Positions 38,940 to 52,095 of a stretch of DNA of 64,000 nucleotides are shown here, in pieces (the first letter of the stretch is position 1; every line of letters starts with the position of its first letter). The notes under the pieces were generated by a model. It ran no database searches, was not told where the DNA came from, and was given only the letters and a program-made list of their open reading frames with translations. Position numbers and translations under genes: made by a program. The stretch covers positions 167,070,410-167,134,409 of the forward strand of contig NC_052147.1 in the NCBI RefSeq assembly GCF_902713615.1, in the 5' to 3' direction. Source of the DNA: Scyliorhinus canicula (Eukaryota).

Positions 38940-39200
38940 CCAGAAATCTAAGAGGACTGGAAGAGCAATAGTGAAAGGAGATTCAATAGTTAGCGGAACA
39001 AGCAGGCCTTTCTGCAGCCACAGATATGAATTCAGGATGGTATGCTGTTTTTCTGGTGCTCGGGTCAAGGATGTCACAAAATGGCCGTAGAGCATCCTTA
39101 GAGGGAGTAGACGAACAGCCAATGATTGTGGTCGACGCCAGTACCAACAACATTGGTAGAAAGAGGGATGTGCTCTTATTTTCAGAATTTAGGGAGCAAC
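38940..39200 (+). mobile_element. CR1 ORF1 esterase (SGNH) fragment
   Basis: AIVKGDSIV...MVCCFSGARVKDV...VVDASTNNIG. Confidence 0.7.
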
Positions 39201-40130
39201 TGTCAGAGAAATTCCAAAACTCAGTTGTGAAAAAGACATTGAGACTAGGATGCTTTGGTAGAGATTGTTTATTGCAGAGTTCAGAGTTCAGCAGCTGAAT
39301 TCTCCATCGGCGAGATCCTCCAGTCCGCCGCCAGAGCACCTACACCCGCGGGCTTGCCAACGGCGTGTGGTGGCCACAATGGGAAACCCCAGTGGCCAGC
39401 TGTGGGAACGGAGAGTCCTGCTGCCAGTGGGGGCGTGCCACACCGGAAAACATGGCTGGTGGACCAGAGAATCCCGCCTCATGTCTCCCCTCTAAACGAT
39501 CCCCCACTGCTAACTGACTCTTCTTTATATACATATCTGAGCATGACTAACTAATAACTACCCAACAACTGTTAACCTTATTATCTTAAAGTACTAGCTA
39601 TTTAAAATCCATTTATATACGAACAGATTTCCCAATTTTCTTTAAATTAATTTGATATGCAAATCAGATCTATTCATAAGGAAAGATAGAAAATGATATT
39701 GTTATCTTAATATATAATCAATATTTAAGACACTCAATATGCCCACCCTCCACCGTCATGAAAACAAAAATAAAATTGGTAAAGTTACAACATGAAAATT
39801 TCTGTGTTCTGACAATTCTTCGATGATATCCAACAATTGTGTTGGATAAGCAATGGGCGGGATTCTCTATTGGCGGGATTCTCCGTTTTGCCGACACCTG
39901 GGGCTTTCCCGACGGCATGGGGCTGCCCCAAAATGGGCCAAATTAACCGGCCGGCGTAACGGAGAACAGTTAGTGTCTGAGCCAACACTAAAAATGATTT
40001 ATTTCATCTCTTATGGATCACCGAGGTCTGGAAATCAGACCCACATTCTTCTGAACTTAATTTCGTCAATGTCTTATTTACTTTTAACACTTCCTCAACG
40101 GTAACATATTTCAGCACAGTGCTCAATTCT

Positions 40131-40371
40131 TTCTTTTTAAATTTTTTTTTAAAATTTAGAGTACCCAATTCATATTTTTTCCAATTAAGGGGCAATTTAG
40201 CATGGCCAATCCACCTAACCTGCACATCTTTTTGGGTTGTGGGGGCGAAACCCACGCAAACACGGGGAGAATGTGCAAACTCCACATGGATAGTGACCCA
40301 GAGCCGGGATCGAACCTGGAACCTCGGTGCTGTGAGGCAGCAGCACTAACCACTGTGCCACCGTGCTGCCC
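40131..40371 (-). mobile_element. V-SINE with A-rich tail and 13-bp TSD
   Basis: AGTGCTCAATTCT at 40118-40130 and 40374-40386. Confidence 0.85.
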
Positions 40372-40487
40372 TTAGTGCTCAATTCTAATATATCTCAGTG
40401 TGCATCTGGTCTCGTTTGTGTTGCATAACCAGTTTAATAGCTCCATTAAACTTCTTAATTGATCCGAGGGCGTAGAGTCTTCCTGTT

Positions 40488-40812
40488 AGAACATAGAACA
40501 TACAGTGCAGAAGTAGGCCATTCGGCCCATCGAGTCTGCACCGACCCACTTAAGCCCTCACTTCCACCCTACCCCCATAACCCAATAACCCCTGCTAACC
40601 TTTTTGGTCACTAAGGGCAATTTATCATGGCCAATCCACCTAACCCGCACATCTTTGGACTGTGGGAGAAACCGGGGCACCCGGAGGAAATCCACGCAGG
40701 CGAGGGGAGAGCATACAGACTCTGCACAGACAGTGACCCAGCGAGGAATCTAACCTGGGACCCTGGTGCTGTGAAGCCACAGTGCTATCCACTTGTGCTA
40801 CCGTGCTGCCCA
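40488..40812 (-). mobile_element. V-SINE, CR1-type tail
   Basis: Full head and tail; a similar copy is at 48812-49103. Confidence 0.8.
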
Positions 40813-42979
40813 ATGAGGATTTGTGAGGATTTGGCCCGATTTATCCCATGAACATTCTCAGGCAAGACTGCTGAGTCAAGGTTATTCCCAATTTAGTTTG
40901 CCCAATGTCCAACTCTATACACCTAAAAGCTCTAGAAGCCCGACTTCCAATTTGGACTTCCATTGTAACCTTATCTATCATAAATTTCTCAAGTGCCTCT
41001 CAGGTGCACTCACCACCCCTTCACCACATGAAATCATCTATATGCATTAAGAAAATGCCTGCTAGTGTCCCTTCATCATAACATTAATCTTTTAATTGCA
41101 GACAACCAATTTTTAAAAGCATGGTCCTAACTAAAATATACCATACCGGGAATGCATAAGGCCTCACTTCCACCCTATCCCCATAACCAAATATTTAGCC
41201 TGTATATTTATTCAGCCTTCATAATTTCCCCTTGATACCTCCAGCTTCTTTTGGAGGTTTTAAAAATTCTTCTGTTTGAAATCACTGCCCTTGCAAAAAT
41301 GCTGCTATGACGTCAATAGATTTCCATTCCCATGGGTATATCACTAAAATTTCCCTCAACCTTACTTTTCCTGCTATTCGGGAGTCAACTCTTAACTACC
41401 TGCGTGCCCAGTTGTTCTTCAAATCCCTAAGTCTGGCCTTGGCTTCACACGTACGATTGGGGAGTAATTTCTCCAAATAATAATAATTACTTATTGTCAC
41501 AAGTAGGCTTCAATGAAGTTACTGTGAAAAGTCGCTAGTCGCCACATTCCAGAGCCTGTTCAGGGAGACCGGAACAGGAATTGAACCCGCGCTGCTGGCC
41601 TTGTTCTGCATTACAAGCCAGCTGTGTAGCCCACTGTGTTAAACCAGCCCCTATATACCCATCAATGGGACACCGATTGCTGTCCTATATCTGGCACCTC
41701 TGTGTAAACACCAAATTGTCTCCAACTCTCAAATCATTTTTGTTTTGCCACCTTCATCGGTTTACCATCTAACTTATTAGTAGTTACTAGAGCTTCTCTG
41801 TTGCTGGGCCTCCAACCTCCTGTCGCTCCTCCGCTGTACTTTGGTACTTGCTCTTGTTAAACTTCTCGACCTCCTGTCCCTGGCTGGATTACTGCTCAAC
41901 TTGTCCCTCCTGTGACTAGACTTCCTTTCACAACTTTTGATCTTTTCCTTGGGCTGTAATCACCATGAGCCCATTGTCTGAACTTACATTGTGTTTCCTG
42001 GCTTTCCACATTTTTACTTACTTCTGTCAATCTATAGCTCTGATATTCTACTTCTTGTCTTGCACATTCAGAGTTCAGTATTTCCTGGTGGCCTTTTCTC
42101 CCCTTCCTACAATAGTGGATTCCCTCCATTCATCAGCCCTTTCTAACATAACTCCAACTTTTGGTAGTTGTTCTTTCTGATAAGTGTCACTATAACTTGG
42201 TCTGCTGTCAGCCTATTATCTGCCACAATCTGTTGTTCGTAAAGGTCCGGCATACCTGTGTGTGATGTGCATGGTACATCTTTAGTTTCCATCATCCGTT
42301 CTGGTTCCGGCAATGTGCATTCTGGGCCAGTAAGCCACGTGGAATGTACTCAAACAGTTTTGTCACCACGTTGAAAGATTATCATTTCACCATCAGTGTT
42401 GATAACTTTTCCTGTGCTTTTCCATTCTTTCTGCCTTTTCCTTTAATGTAATGCATGTTGCCAGCTTAAAACTCATTGATGGGGGCAAAAGACCCCCAAC
42501 TATCTGGGCTGGAATTTTCAAAAATCAAAAATGGCAAAATGTCAGTTTTTGACTGAAAAAGTGTGTTTGTCTCCAGAAACACAGCCACGGTTTCTGACCA
42601 GGCCTTCTGACACTGTCACAAAATAAAATCACTGTCACTCAGATGGGACAGGGCCGACTAGAGCTGGCAAGGCCAGCTTCATAGTGATCGGGACACTATT
42701 TTGTAAAAAATATCCCATCCAGGATATTCCGTTACGAGTCTGCCCAGCTACCGCTGCCAGTAAGGACGGAGAATTTGGCACTCAGCCAAATCTTCCATTC
42801 ACTGCAGCAAGACCGGAGAATCCCCCTGGCGTGAACGGGCGAAGAATATTGCCTCACATCTTACACTGATATAGACAAGTCTAGTGTGTTCCTCATCCAG
42901 TACCCCTGCATTCGTTAACAGGGAGCATGATTCAGCGGCCTCACCGTGCCTGACTTGGCCATTTAATCTCACAAGAGAC

Positions 42980-43435
42980 ACTGGATTCTCCATTTGGGAG
43001 ACTAAGGGCTGAATTCTCCATTCCCTGATGTCGAAATTGCATTCAACAACAGGGCGGAGAATCCTCAATGATGCCAAAATCGGAGGTGGTGCCTTTTACG
43101 TGATGCTTCGCCCCTGAAAAGTGGGGTACCCTAGGAGTACGCCACACGCTGTATCCATGGCCTCAAGCCATTGCCTGAATCCCACCCCACATTGCTCCAT
43201 CCCCGATTGGCCGAGTTACCGACGGCTTGGGACATGTGTGGTCTCAACCGTCATGAACTCAGTGTGATGGATGGGGACTCAGTCTGACACTGCCATCGTC
43301 GGGGGAGGGCCGATACACGGGCTGGGGCTGGGGGCACTGTGGCGGGGGTCGGGGTGCGGTCTGGGGCACGCAAGCGGCCGAAAGGGGGTACTATTTTTGC
43401 GGTCTGGATCCGTGGGCTGAACCCGCATAAAACAC
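42980..43435. mobile_element. Harbinger-type MITE starting inside another MITE end
   Basis: CTGGATTCTCCATTTGGGAGAC-TAA-GGGCTGAATTCTCC. Confidence 0.6.
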
Positions 43436-43841
43436 TCATTCTGCCTCAGTTGGCATATTGTGCCCACTACTGTGCCCACGATTCGCAGACCTCAGAGATT
43501 GTGCAGAAAAGATCCACGAGATTGGTTCGAGGGATGATGAACTTCTGTTCCAAAGATAGATTGTAGAAGCTGGGATAAAAACAGAAAATGTTGCAAAAAC
43601 TCAGCAGGTCTGGCAGTATCTGTGAAGAGAGAAAATAGAGTTCCAAGTTCTCCTTTGGAGCAAAAGAGAGGGAATGTGATGGATGGGATAGACATGAATT
43701 AAGGGAACCTTTGTGGTGCAATGGACAGAGCCTCTGCCTCTGAGCCAGAAGCTCTGGGTTTGAGACCCACCCCAGGACTTGATGGCCAAGGAAGATGTGT
43801 TCATAACATAAGGCCAACAGAATGGGAATTGGTGGGCAGTA

Positions 43842-44635
43842 AGAACATAGAACATAGAACATAGAACATTACAGCGCAGTACAGGCCCTTCGGCCCACGA
43901 TGTTGCACCATCCTGTGAAACCCTTCTAAAGTCCCTCTACACTATTCCCTTATCGTCCATATGCCTATCCAATGACCATTTGAATGCGTTTAGTGTTGGC
44001 GAGTCCACTACTGTTGCAGGCAGGGCATTCCACGCCCTTACTACTCTCTGAGTAAAGAACCTACCTCTGACATCTGTCCTATATCTATCTCCCCTCAATT
44101 TAAAGCTATGTCCCCTCGTGCTGGACATCACCGTCCGAGGAAAAAGGCTCTCGATGTCCACCCTATCTAATCCTCTGATCATCTTGTATGCCTCAATTAA
44201 GTCCCCTCTTAGCCTTCTTCTCTCTAACGAAAACAGCCTCAAGTCCTTCAGCCTTTCCTCATATGATCTTCCCTCCATACCAGACAACATTCTTGTAAAT
44301 CTCCTCTGTACCCTTTCCAATGCTTCCACATCCTTCCTATAATGTGGCGACCAGAACTGCACACAATATTCCAAATGCGGCCGCACCAGAGTTTTGTACA
44401 ACTGCAACATGACCTCATGGCTCCGAAACTCAATTCCTCTACCAATAAAAGCTAACACACCGTACGCCTTCTTAACAACCCTCTCAACCTGGGTGGCAAC
44501 TTTCAAGGATCTATAGACATGGACACCGAGATCTCTCTGCTCATCCACACTACCAAGAATCTTACCATTAGCCCAGTACTCTGCCTTCCTGTTATTCCTT
44601 CCAAAATTAATCACCTCACACTTTTCTGCATTAAA
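43842..44635 (-). mobile_element. Young CR1 LINE 3' fragment with an open RT C-terminal frame
   Basis: 237-aa ORF (FNAEKCEVINFG..LVRPHLEYCVQFWSPHY..FFTQRVVRAWNALP); (CATAGAA)n tail. Confidence 0.9.
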
Positions 44636-45104
44636 GAGTGGGGGAGACAATGTCAGCCATGCTTGGTGTGGAGTGGAGACCCTGAAGCTATAAGCCTCTG
44701 GTGACAGGCCAATGACCTGCTTTGGAAAACATCGCTATGGGAACAGATGAACGTCAGTCTGCCAAGTGAAGCACTAGATGCAGGAAGAAAAGCAACAACA
44801 TCACATGAATCAACAAACTGTCAAAAAACACCCCCACAGTGTAGAACAAATGACAGATCCCATGGATTTCTCAGCATCCCTTCCAGACACCAGTGATGCT
44901 GAGTCACCAAATCTCAATTAAATTCCGTCACAAGGGATTCCAATTCTGCACATTCGAAGATCTAGCCTCGGAAGTGACATTCTCTCAGCTCCAATCTTGC
45001 TCAGCTGCCCCGAGTAAATCCTGGCTGTGGACTTCCATGACCTCACTCTCAACTGGAAGGTAAGGTAAAGTTGCCATACTCCCAGGTGACCATAGATGAT
45101 CACC

Positions 45105-48100
45105 TCGCCACCACCGCCACCCCACCACCCCACCTCCCAACATCACCCTGCCATCACCACACCACTCCAACCCCAGCACCCCAGAATCTCTTCACCACTC
45201 TACCATCCCTCTACCACCCCAACCAACAATTCAACCATGCGTCATGTCTTGTATCTTGCAGTATCACCTGGCGAAGAGGCAGACCCTTCTGTTCCCCATT
45301 CACGATCACAATCCCAGGACCCGTCAAGCGACGAAGTGGCACCGGACAGCAATACAACCCCCTCAAATGTCAGCCCGCGAACGCCGAAGCACCAGTCCAT
45401 GGTCAACACCAACTTTCTATTCCAGCTGTCTCCAACGCAGTCCACCATCCCAGAGACACTGACCTCGGTTGGGCATGTTAAAGAAGAGGCTCCTGAGGTA
45501 CTATTTGATGCACACCACACATGTGCATTTTGTGACGACAGAACCCCACCAAGGGGGAAGATGGTCAGAGGGCGGTCCAACCCCAGGGATTAGCTGCTGT
45601 CCAGACGAGTCTCTGGCTTCTGGAAAGGGCGGTCCCATCGATGCTGGAGATGCAGACACAGAGCCAGGGAATACATGAGGGGCTGTCAGCAACCATCCAG
45701 TGCCTGCAGGTGCAGTTGAAGGAGTCCTAATGCCTACAGGGCAGGAAGCCATGCCGAACATACATGCCACCCAGGCCAACCTGCACGGGTGGTGTCCGCG
45801 GTGGAGGCCTTGGGGGCAAAGTTATCGGCCATTAGTCAGGAGGTCTGGGGCACTCTGCAGGTGATGGCTGAGGAGCATGACAGGACGCCATGTCACAGGC
45901 AGCTATGTACCAGAGCCACCTGGTCATTGCGGCGGCATCCTCGAGCTTAGCCCAGTCACAACGGGTCATGGCATTGAGCGTCGACGGCATTACTCAGGTT
46001 CTGGCTGACCTGAGCCAGTCACAGAGGGATGTGGCACATTCCCAGAGGAAGGTGATTGAGTCCCTGTGCTCCATGGCTGCGAGCATTAAGACCCTGGTTG
46101 GGACGGGAGTGGGTCTTCAGTACTGGCAGCAGGGGAGGACTGGAGTTAGGGAGCTCTGGTTGCACCACTATCCAGAGCATCCCAGGGGCCATTGGGCTCT
46201 GTGAGGTAGGAGGAGATGATGGGGCATGTGCTGGTGACCCTGCAGGGTAGCTCCTGGAACACCACAGCGCCTCATACATCCCCTTCTATCCCTCGTGCAT
46301 TTGGGAACACGGTGGCACCATGCCCCCGGGACACTAGAGAGACTGCCAGATCCATCCAGGCCCGGTCGCTCCAGAAGACGATTGTCAAAGGACACCAAGG
46401 TCACAGGGCGGAATGTGCAGCAAGCCGCCTCGAGCCCTGATGTATCACCTAGGATCCCCCTTGATGGAACATTAGGGCCTGCAAGCTAGACACATGTTAA
46501 GTTGGCACAGGTGCATCATCCGGGGCTAGGCCACAAACCTAGAGCAACATGTTCATCTGTTCACAATAAACACTTGTTCACAAATGTTCCAATCTTCCTC
46601 GGTGCTCTGTCAAAATGATGTGAGGGATGGGCTGAGCTGGGGTGGGCTGGGATGGGAGCAGAAGGGACGCCTAGGGGTGGTGGGGGAGATGGGGCGGCTA
46701 TTGGAGGTGGGCACAGGTCAGGGCCTACAGGTCAACCACTTCTAACCATGGTGCCTGGCCCCACCCCATCCATCTTTGTGCGATCATCGTCCAGTCTCCC
46801 TAGTCGGCGAACCAGGAGGCGATTAGAAAATCTTGTGCATGGTGGCCCAGGAGCACACATTGGGCAGCCTTCCATGCCTGCCCGGGCTCCATGTCCGGCC
46901 CATCCTTGACCTCCTCTGCACCCTCCTTGTCGGACAAGGCCTGGGATACATCCCCTCCTCCAGCAAATCGTCCCTCTGTTGCACGGTGTTGTTGAGGATG
47001 CAGCTAGCTACCATGATGTTGGAGACTCTCCTAGCACTATACTGGAGGGCCCTCCAGAACGGTCCACGCTCCTCAATTCATCTTCAGGATGCTGATGTAC
47101 CATTCAATTACGGCCCTGTTTGTGCATGGGCATCGTTATAGCGGGTCTCCACGCTGGTCTGTGGCCTCTGGATAGGCACATCAGCCATGACCACAGCGGA
47201 TAACCCCTGTCGTCCAAGAGCAAACCCTTCATCTGGGGGTGTGCCTAGAATTGCCAGGAACTGTCGAGTGTACCAGAATGAATGCGTTGTGCACACTACC
47301 TTGATATCAGACATCCCATGGTCACACACCAGCTGCACGTTCATCGAGCAGAACTCATTTCAATTTGTGAAGGTCACCCCTCATGCGTCAATGCTCGTAG
47401 AGGGACATGCATCCCGTCGATCTCCCCTGAACCTGGGGCATCCCAGCGATGGCCCAGCTGAGCAGACATCCTGGAAGGGTCTGTCCACATTGAAGCTACT
47501 ACATTGTGCAGACAGGGCAGATAGTGCTTTCTTTATAGTCCTGTGCACTGAGGTCTGTGAGATCCCAGACAGCTCCCTACTCGGCAGCTGGAAGGACCAC
47601 GTGGCAAAAATGTTCAGGGCAACCATCACCTTGATGGCCACTGGCGGCTGGTGAGTGGTGATATGCCTGTGCACAGTTTTGTAGATGTTAGTGAGGCAAC
47701 CTCCAACCAACTGGTAGTGCCAGGCAAGCTCCCCATGCCTTGAGATACCTGCTGGTTGGTAGAAGGACATACGAGAGGATAGTCAGCCTTGGCATAGTTC
47801 CAGGAGAATTTACTGAATTCATTGAGTAGCCATTGTCTGTATAGTAATCTGTTAATTGTCCTTCCATTTGTGTGTTAATCAATCATCTTTGTGGTCAAAC
47901 AACTGGGTGTTCTGTGTACCTCAATACAATGGCCATATCACAGAACACAACAGTGTCGTCCCCATTCCCCACAGTTACAGATGTGCCGTGATCCAGCAGC
48001 TATGCCGTACGGTCTCCCTGCTCAACCGGAGTCTTCAACGACATGCCCTGTCTGGCAGGTCCTCGAATGTCAGGCACTGCAGGTAGACATGAGGCCAAAT

Positions 48101-48700
48101 GCTTCCCACCTCCTCTTAGGCCTGTTGGGCAGCCGGCTCTCCATCCTCTCCATCCTCTCCTGTTCCTATGGACCAAGCTCCACTTGTCACGGCAAAGGAG
48201 ATGGCAATCATTGGTGGCTGGACACCAAAATCCATTGTCTGCAGGGGTGAAAGGCATACATGTTAGGACGATGCGTACCCCCAAACCAAACCAGGTCCAA
48301 CGGGCTACACTGTAGCCCAAGCCTGCACTGCAGCCCCTGCCCTCGCATGTCCCTCTCCAGCCCTCTCTCCTCCCCATCCCCACGCCCACCCCTGGCCGTT
48401 CCTCCCCTCGCAGTCTGCCCTCCGCACCACAGAGGGACAGGACTGGCCTATCCCTTTTCTCTCCCTCAGAAGCCATTGCCTGTTTCCCGATCTTTAAAAC
48501 CACAAGTGAGCCTCGCTGTCGGTAATGTCTCCTAGCAGAGGCGGAGCATCGCAGGAGTGCCAGAAAATACCGGGACGGGCCCGCTAATGGTATGCCAAAG
48601 CCGTTTACTGTACGTGCAGCATAGAATGCATTCACACCACTGTTGTGGCACTGGAACATGGCATTCCGTTGGACACCTAACTCTGGCCTCAATTTGCGCA
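45105..48700. mobile_element. PIF/Harbinger transposon remnant (C-terminal Myb-partner exons on +, DDE nuclease on -)
   Basis: Convergent two-gene layout; 45420-45470 is homologous to 51251-51307. Confidence 0.75.
46800..48245 (-). pseudogene. Harbinger (HARBI1-like) DDE transposase pseudogene
   Basis: RLRLSRETVRH; PVAIKVMVALNIFATWSFQ..SGISQTSVHRTIK; MNVQLVCDH; ETRYNDAHAQT; VASCILNN. Frameshifted. Confidence 0.8.
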
Positions 48701-49342
48701 AAAGTGAAGGGAAATCAACTTTTTAAAATTGGCTTTGCTCCAATTTAGAAATTTTACTCTTGTTCTTTCTTTGACCTTTTCCGTGATTGCTTTAAACCAA
48801 ACTAAATTATAGACATAGAACATAGAGTGCAGAAGGACGCCATTCGGCCCATCGAGTCTGCACCAACCCACATTAAGCCCTCACTTCCACCTTATTCCCA
48901 TAACCCAGTAACCCCTCCTAACCATTTTAGACACTAAGGGCAATTTAGCATGGCCAATCCACTAACCTGCACGTCTTTGGACTGTGGGAGGAAACCGGAG
49001 CACCAGGAGGAATCCCACACAGACACGGGGAGGATGTGCAGACTCTGCACAGACAGTGACCCAGTGGGGAATCGAACCTAGGACCCTGGCACTGTGAAGC
49101 CACAAAATGCTCTCACACTGTCATTCCTTCCACCTGCTCAGCTTCATTTCCTAAAACTATGTCTAGAGCCATACCATCTCGTGTTCGACTACTACATATT
49201 GGCCAAAAACGTTCTCTAAATGCACCTCAAGAATTCTGCTCTCTCCATTCCTTTCACACTAAAACTCTCACAAATAATATGGGGGTTGTTAAAATCCCCT
49301 ACTCTTACTGCCCCACTGTTTTTGCACTTCTCAAAGATATTT

Positions 49343-51308
49343 GGCAGGACTTTCCATTTCTGAGACCTGGGGTGGGATTCTCCGTTGCCCGACATCAAAA
49401 TCATAATCACCGATCAGGCGGAGAATCAATTCTGATACCGGAATCAGGGCAGGTTTGATGGCAGTTTGCGCTTATCCGCCTCCTCCAAAGCGGCGTCATC
49501 ATGAGGCGCACCTCACGCAGTAGTAATGCCGTTGGCGCCTCAGTGGCCGGCCCACCCTCGATGCTCCGCTCTCGTTGGGTTGAGTTCCTGATGGCACGGG
49601 ACACATGTGGTCTGAGCTGCTATACTCAGTCTGGATCCGTGCCGCTGGCTGGGGGGTCAAGGGGTAGGCTGTGGGGTCACGGACGGCGGGTTAGATTATG
49701 CACACGGCTGCCACCATGTTGTATGGCGCGACTGGTGCAAGGTCATCAACAGTGCGCATCCACTGGCATTTCATGTGGCGCCGCTGCTAACCCATCACCA
49801 GTATCGGAATCACACCGATATTTTTGACGCAAACCTTCCCTCGGATTCTCCGTTCGATCCGGCACTTAGCCGCAGTCATGGAGAATTCCGCCCCAAGTGT
49901 TGATGCCAACGCAGAATTTGTGGACTTTCACAACAGCAAAACCTGCACCACACCTGGACCGATTTTGCTACTGTTGAGGGGCTAGCACCGGCAACACATG
50001 GGACGCAATAGATTCTACTGAGAAATGGTGCTGGATTCGCCGGGTTCGTGATTGATACTCAAGAGGCTGACAAAGCTGCAGCCGCATATACACACAGCTC
50101 TACCCCCCCACACAACACCCAATCAATAAGATGGCAGCAAGGAGAGTGGCATCCTGTTTCACCAATGCTGAGCTGGAGACCCTCCTGGACGCCATGGAGG
50201 AGAGGAGGATGACCCTGTAGGTTGGCTCAGGAAGAAGGCTGTCAGCTGCCACCATTCTTCATGCAAGGGCGCAGTTGGCAGAGGCAGTAAGCGCCACCGG
50301 CAACTCCGTCTGGACCAGACAGTGATGCCGGAAGAAACTCCATAACCTCCTCAGGGCGGCCAGGGTGAGTAGGCAGCACTGTGCTCCTAGCACTATGCAG
50401 TGTCCCACACACAATCGCGACCGGACCTACCCCAACCCGGAGGGTGGCCGAACACACACCCTGCTGCACATGCCGGCACCCATACCACCCGCCATGGCTG
50501 AGTGCCTTGGCACTGAGGTCAACAGTTGCCCATCCCCTGGGCTGCATGAGTGGGAATGTCTAACACCATAATCACCTGTTTCTGCCCCACCCTTCCTGCA
50601 TCCCCCCCAAGAAAAGGCTGTGAACAACCGCCAGGAGTGGGAGAAGACAGGGGGGGGGGGGGGACCGCCAGACCAGTGGCCCCTCACAACGGCCAAGCAA
50701 AGGGCCCTGAATATGGTTGGTGGCCCGGAAGAAAGGGAGGTCGCCGAGGTGGCGCTCCGCTGCTGGGGAGGAAGTGAGACTCTGCTTAGTTGCCATGACA
50801 CGTGTGTCAACCCCACCCACCCCCAACCTTCCCATCACCCTCACCCCCAAACTACCCTCACTCTACACCACCCACACGCCGCGCTCACCTCCCGCACCAA
50901 CCTCATCCCAACACCAACCTCACCCCACATCACCCTCACCCTACACCACCCACCCCGTCATCCTGAACCCCCCGACCCCCACACCACCCCCAGACCACCA
51001 CCATCCCACACCCACCCACAAGCCCACCCCACCTCACCTCGGCCCGCATTCTAATCATGAGTCTCATCTTGTGTCTTGCAAAACCTGCTGGAGATGGGGG
51101 CAGGTCCACCTGGTGTTCCCCGCCCCCAGCCAGTGCCACAGCCAGAGCCCCCCTGTGAGCGGGGCACTAACGCCAAAAGCAGCTCGGATACCGGCCCTCC
51201 ACTGAGACTCAGGACAGCCCAGAGCTCGGGTCGGAGGGATGACAGTGATTTTCAGTCACAGCTGTCTCCAACACCCTCCACCATCCCAGAGACACTCACC
51301 TCAGTTGG
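49343..51308 (+). mobile_element. Left half of a second Harbinger element, with a nested MITE at 49370-49893
   Basis: TIR-like start followed by a spliced Myb/SANT-like ORF. Confidence 0.7.
50131..51308 (+). pseudogene. Harbinger Myb/SANT-like (NAIF1-like) DNA-binding protein pseudogene with introns
   Basis: MAARRVASCFTNAELETLLDAMEERR..LAEAVSA..CRKKLHNL (in-frame stops at 50218 and 50323), GT donor at 50365, then EKTGGG..PP..LTTAKQRAL. Confidence 0.75.
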
Positions 51309-52095
51309 AGTATCATTATCACCATTCTAAATGATACAGTAAGTTGCTGCTATTCAGTTTTGTTCATCAGAGCATTTCATTCCAGTGACCTCAGGGTCAA
51401 TGGAAAAATCCCATTTATATACACCAGAATGCCAGTGGAATATATCTGACTAAAATCTGAGAATCTTGGGACATGGCCAAAAAAGCTGCACACGTCTTCC
51501 ATCATGAGCTTTGCAGTATCGTGTTCCTTGGTAAAGGCAGCTGCAAAGTGTTTATTTAATACCTCAGTCATGCCCCCTGTCTACATGCATAAATACCCTT
51601 TTGTGTCCATATTTGGTCCCACTCTTCTCTTGTTACCATTCTTTTACTTTTCTTTGCCTGTAAAAACTTTATTTGGTTGCCAGCCTCTTCTTATGCACTC
51701 TCTTAGCTTCTACTTTCTGTATCCCACCTGGTACTTGTTTGTATTATCCATCTGATATCTGTGGTAAATACTCTGTATCTTAGTTGCTATCTCTTTTGCC
51801 ATCCTGGGAGCTCCGCATTTGTTTGGCTTATTTTTCTGTCAGAATATATCTTGAATCTGCTGAACTCAGTCTTCTTTAAAGGTAGGTCAATGTTCCGTAC
51901 AGTTTTGCCGGCCAAATTTTGATTCCATTATTACCCCATTGAAGTTGGTTTTCCCGCAATTAATTATTCTTACTCTGGATTGTTCCTTGCCCTTTGCCAC
52001 AGCAAACCTAAATTTTATGATAAAATGATCAATGTCCCCTCAGTATTTCCTTATTCATATTTAAACAACTTGGCCCAGCTCATTCTTAAGAACCA

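Noticed and set aside
46800-51308. Host HARBI1 or NAIF1 genes
   Set aside because: Multiple stops and frameshifts plus the TIR/MITE context indicate transposon remnants, not the domesticated genes.
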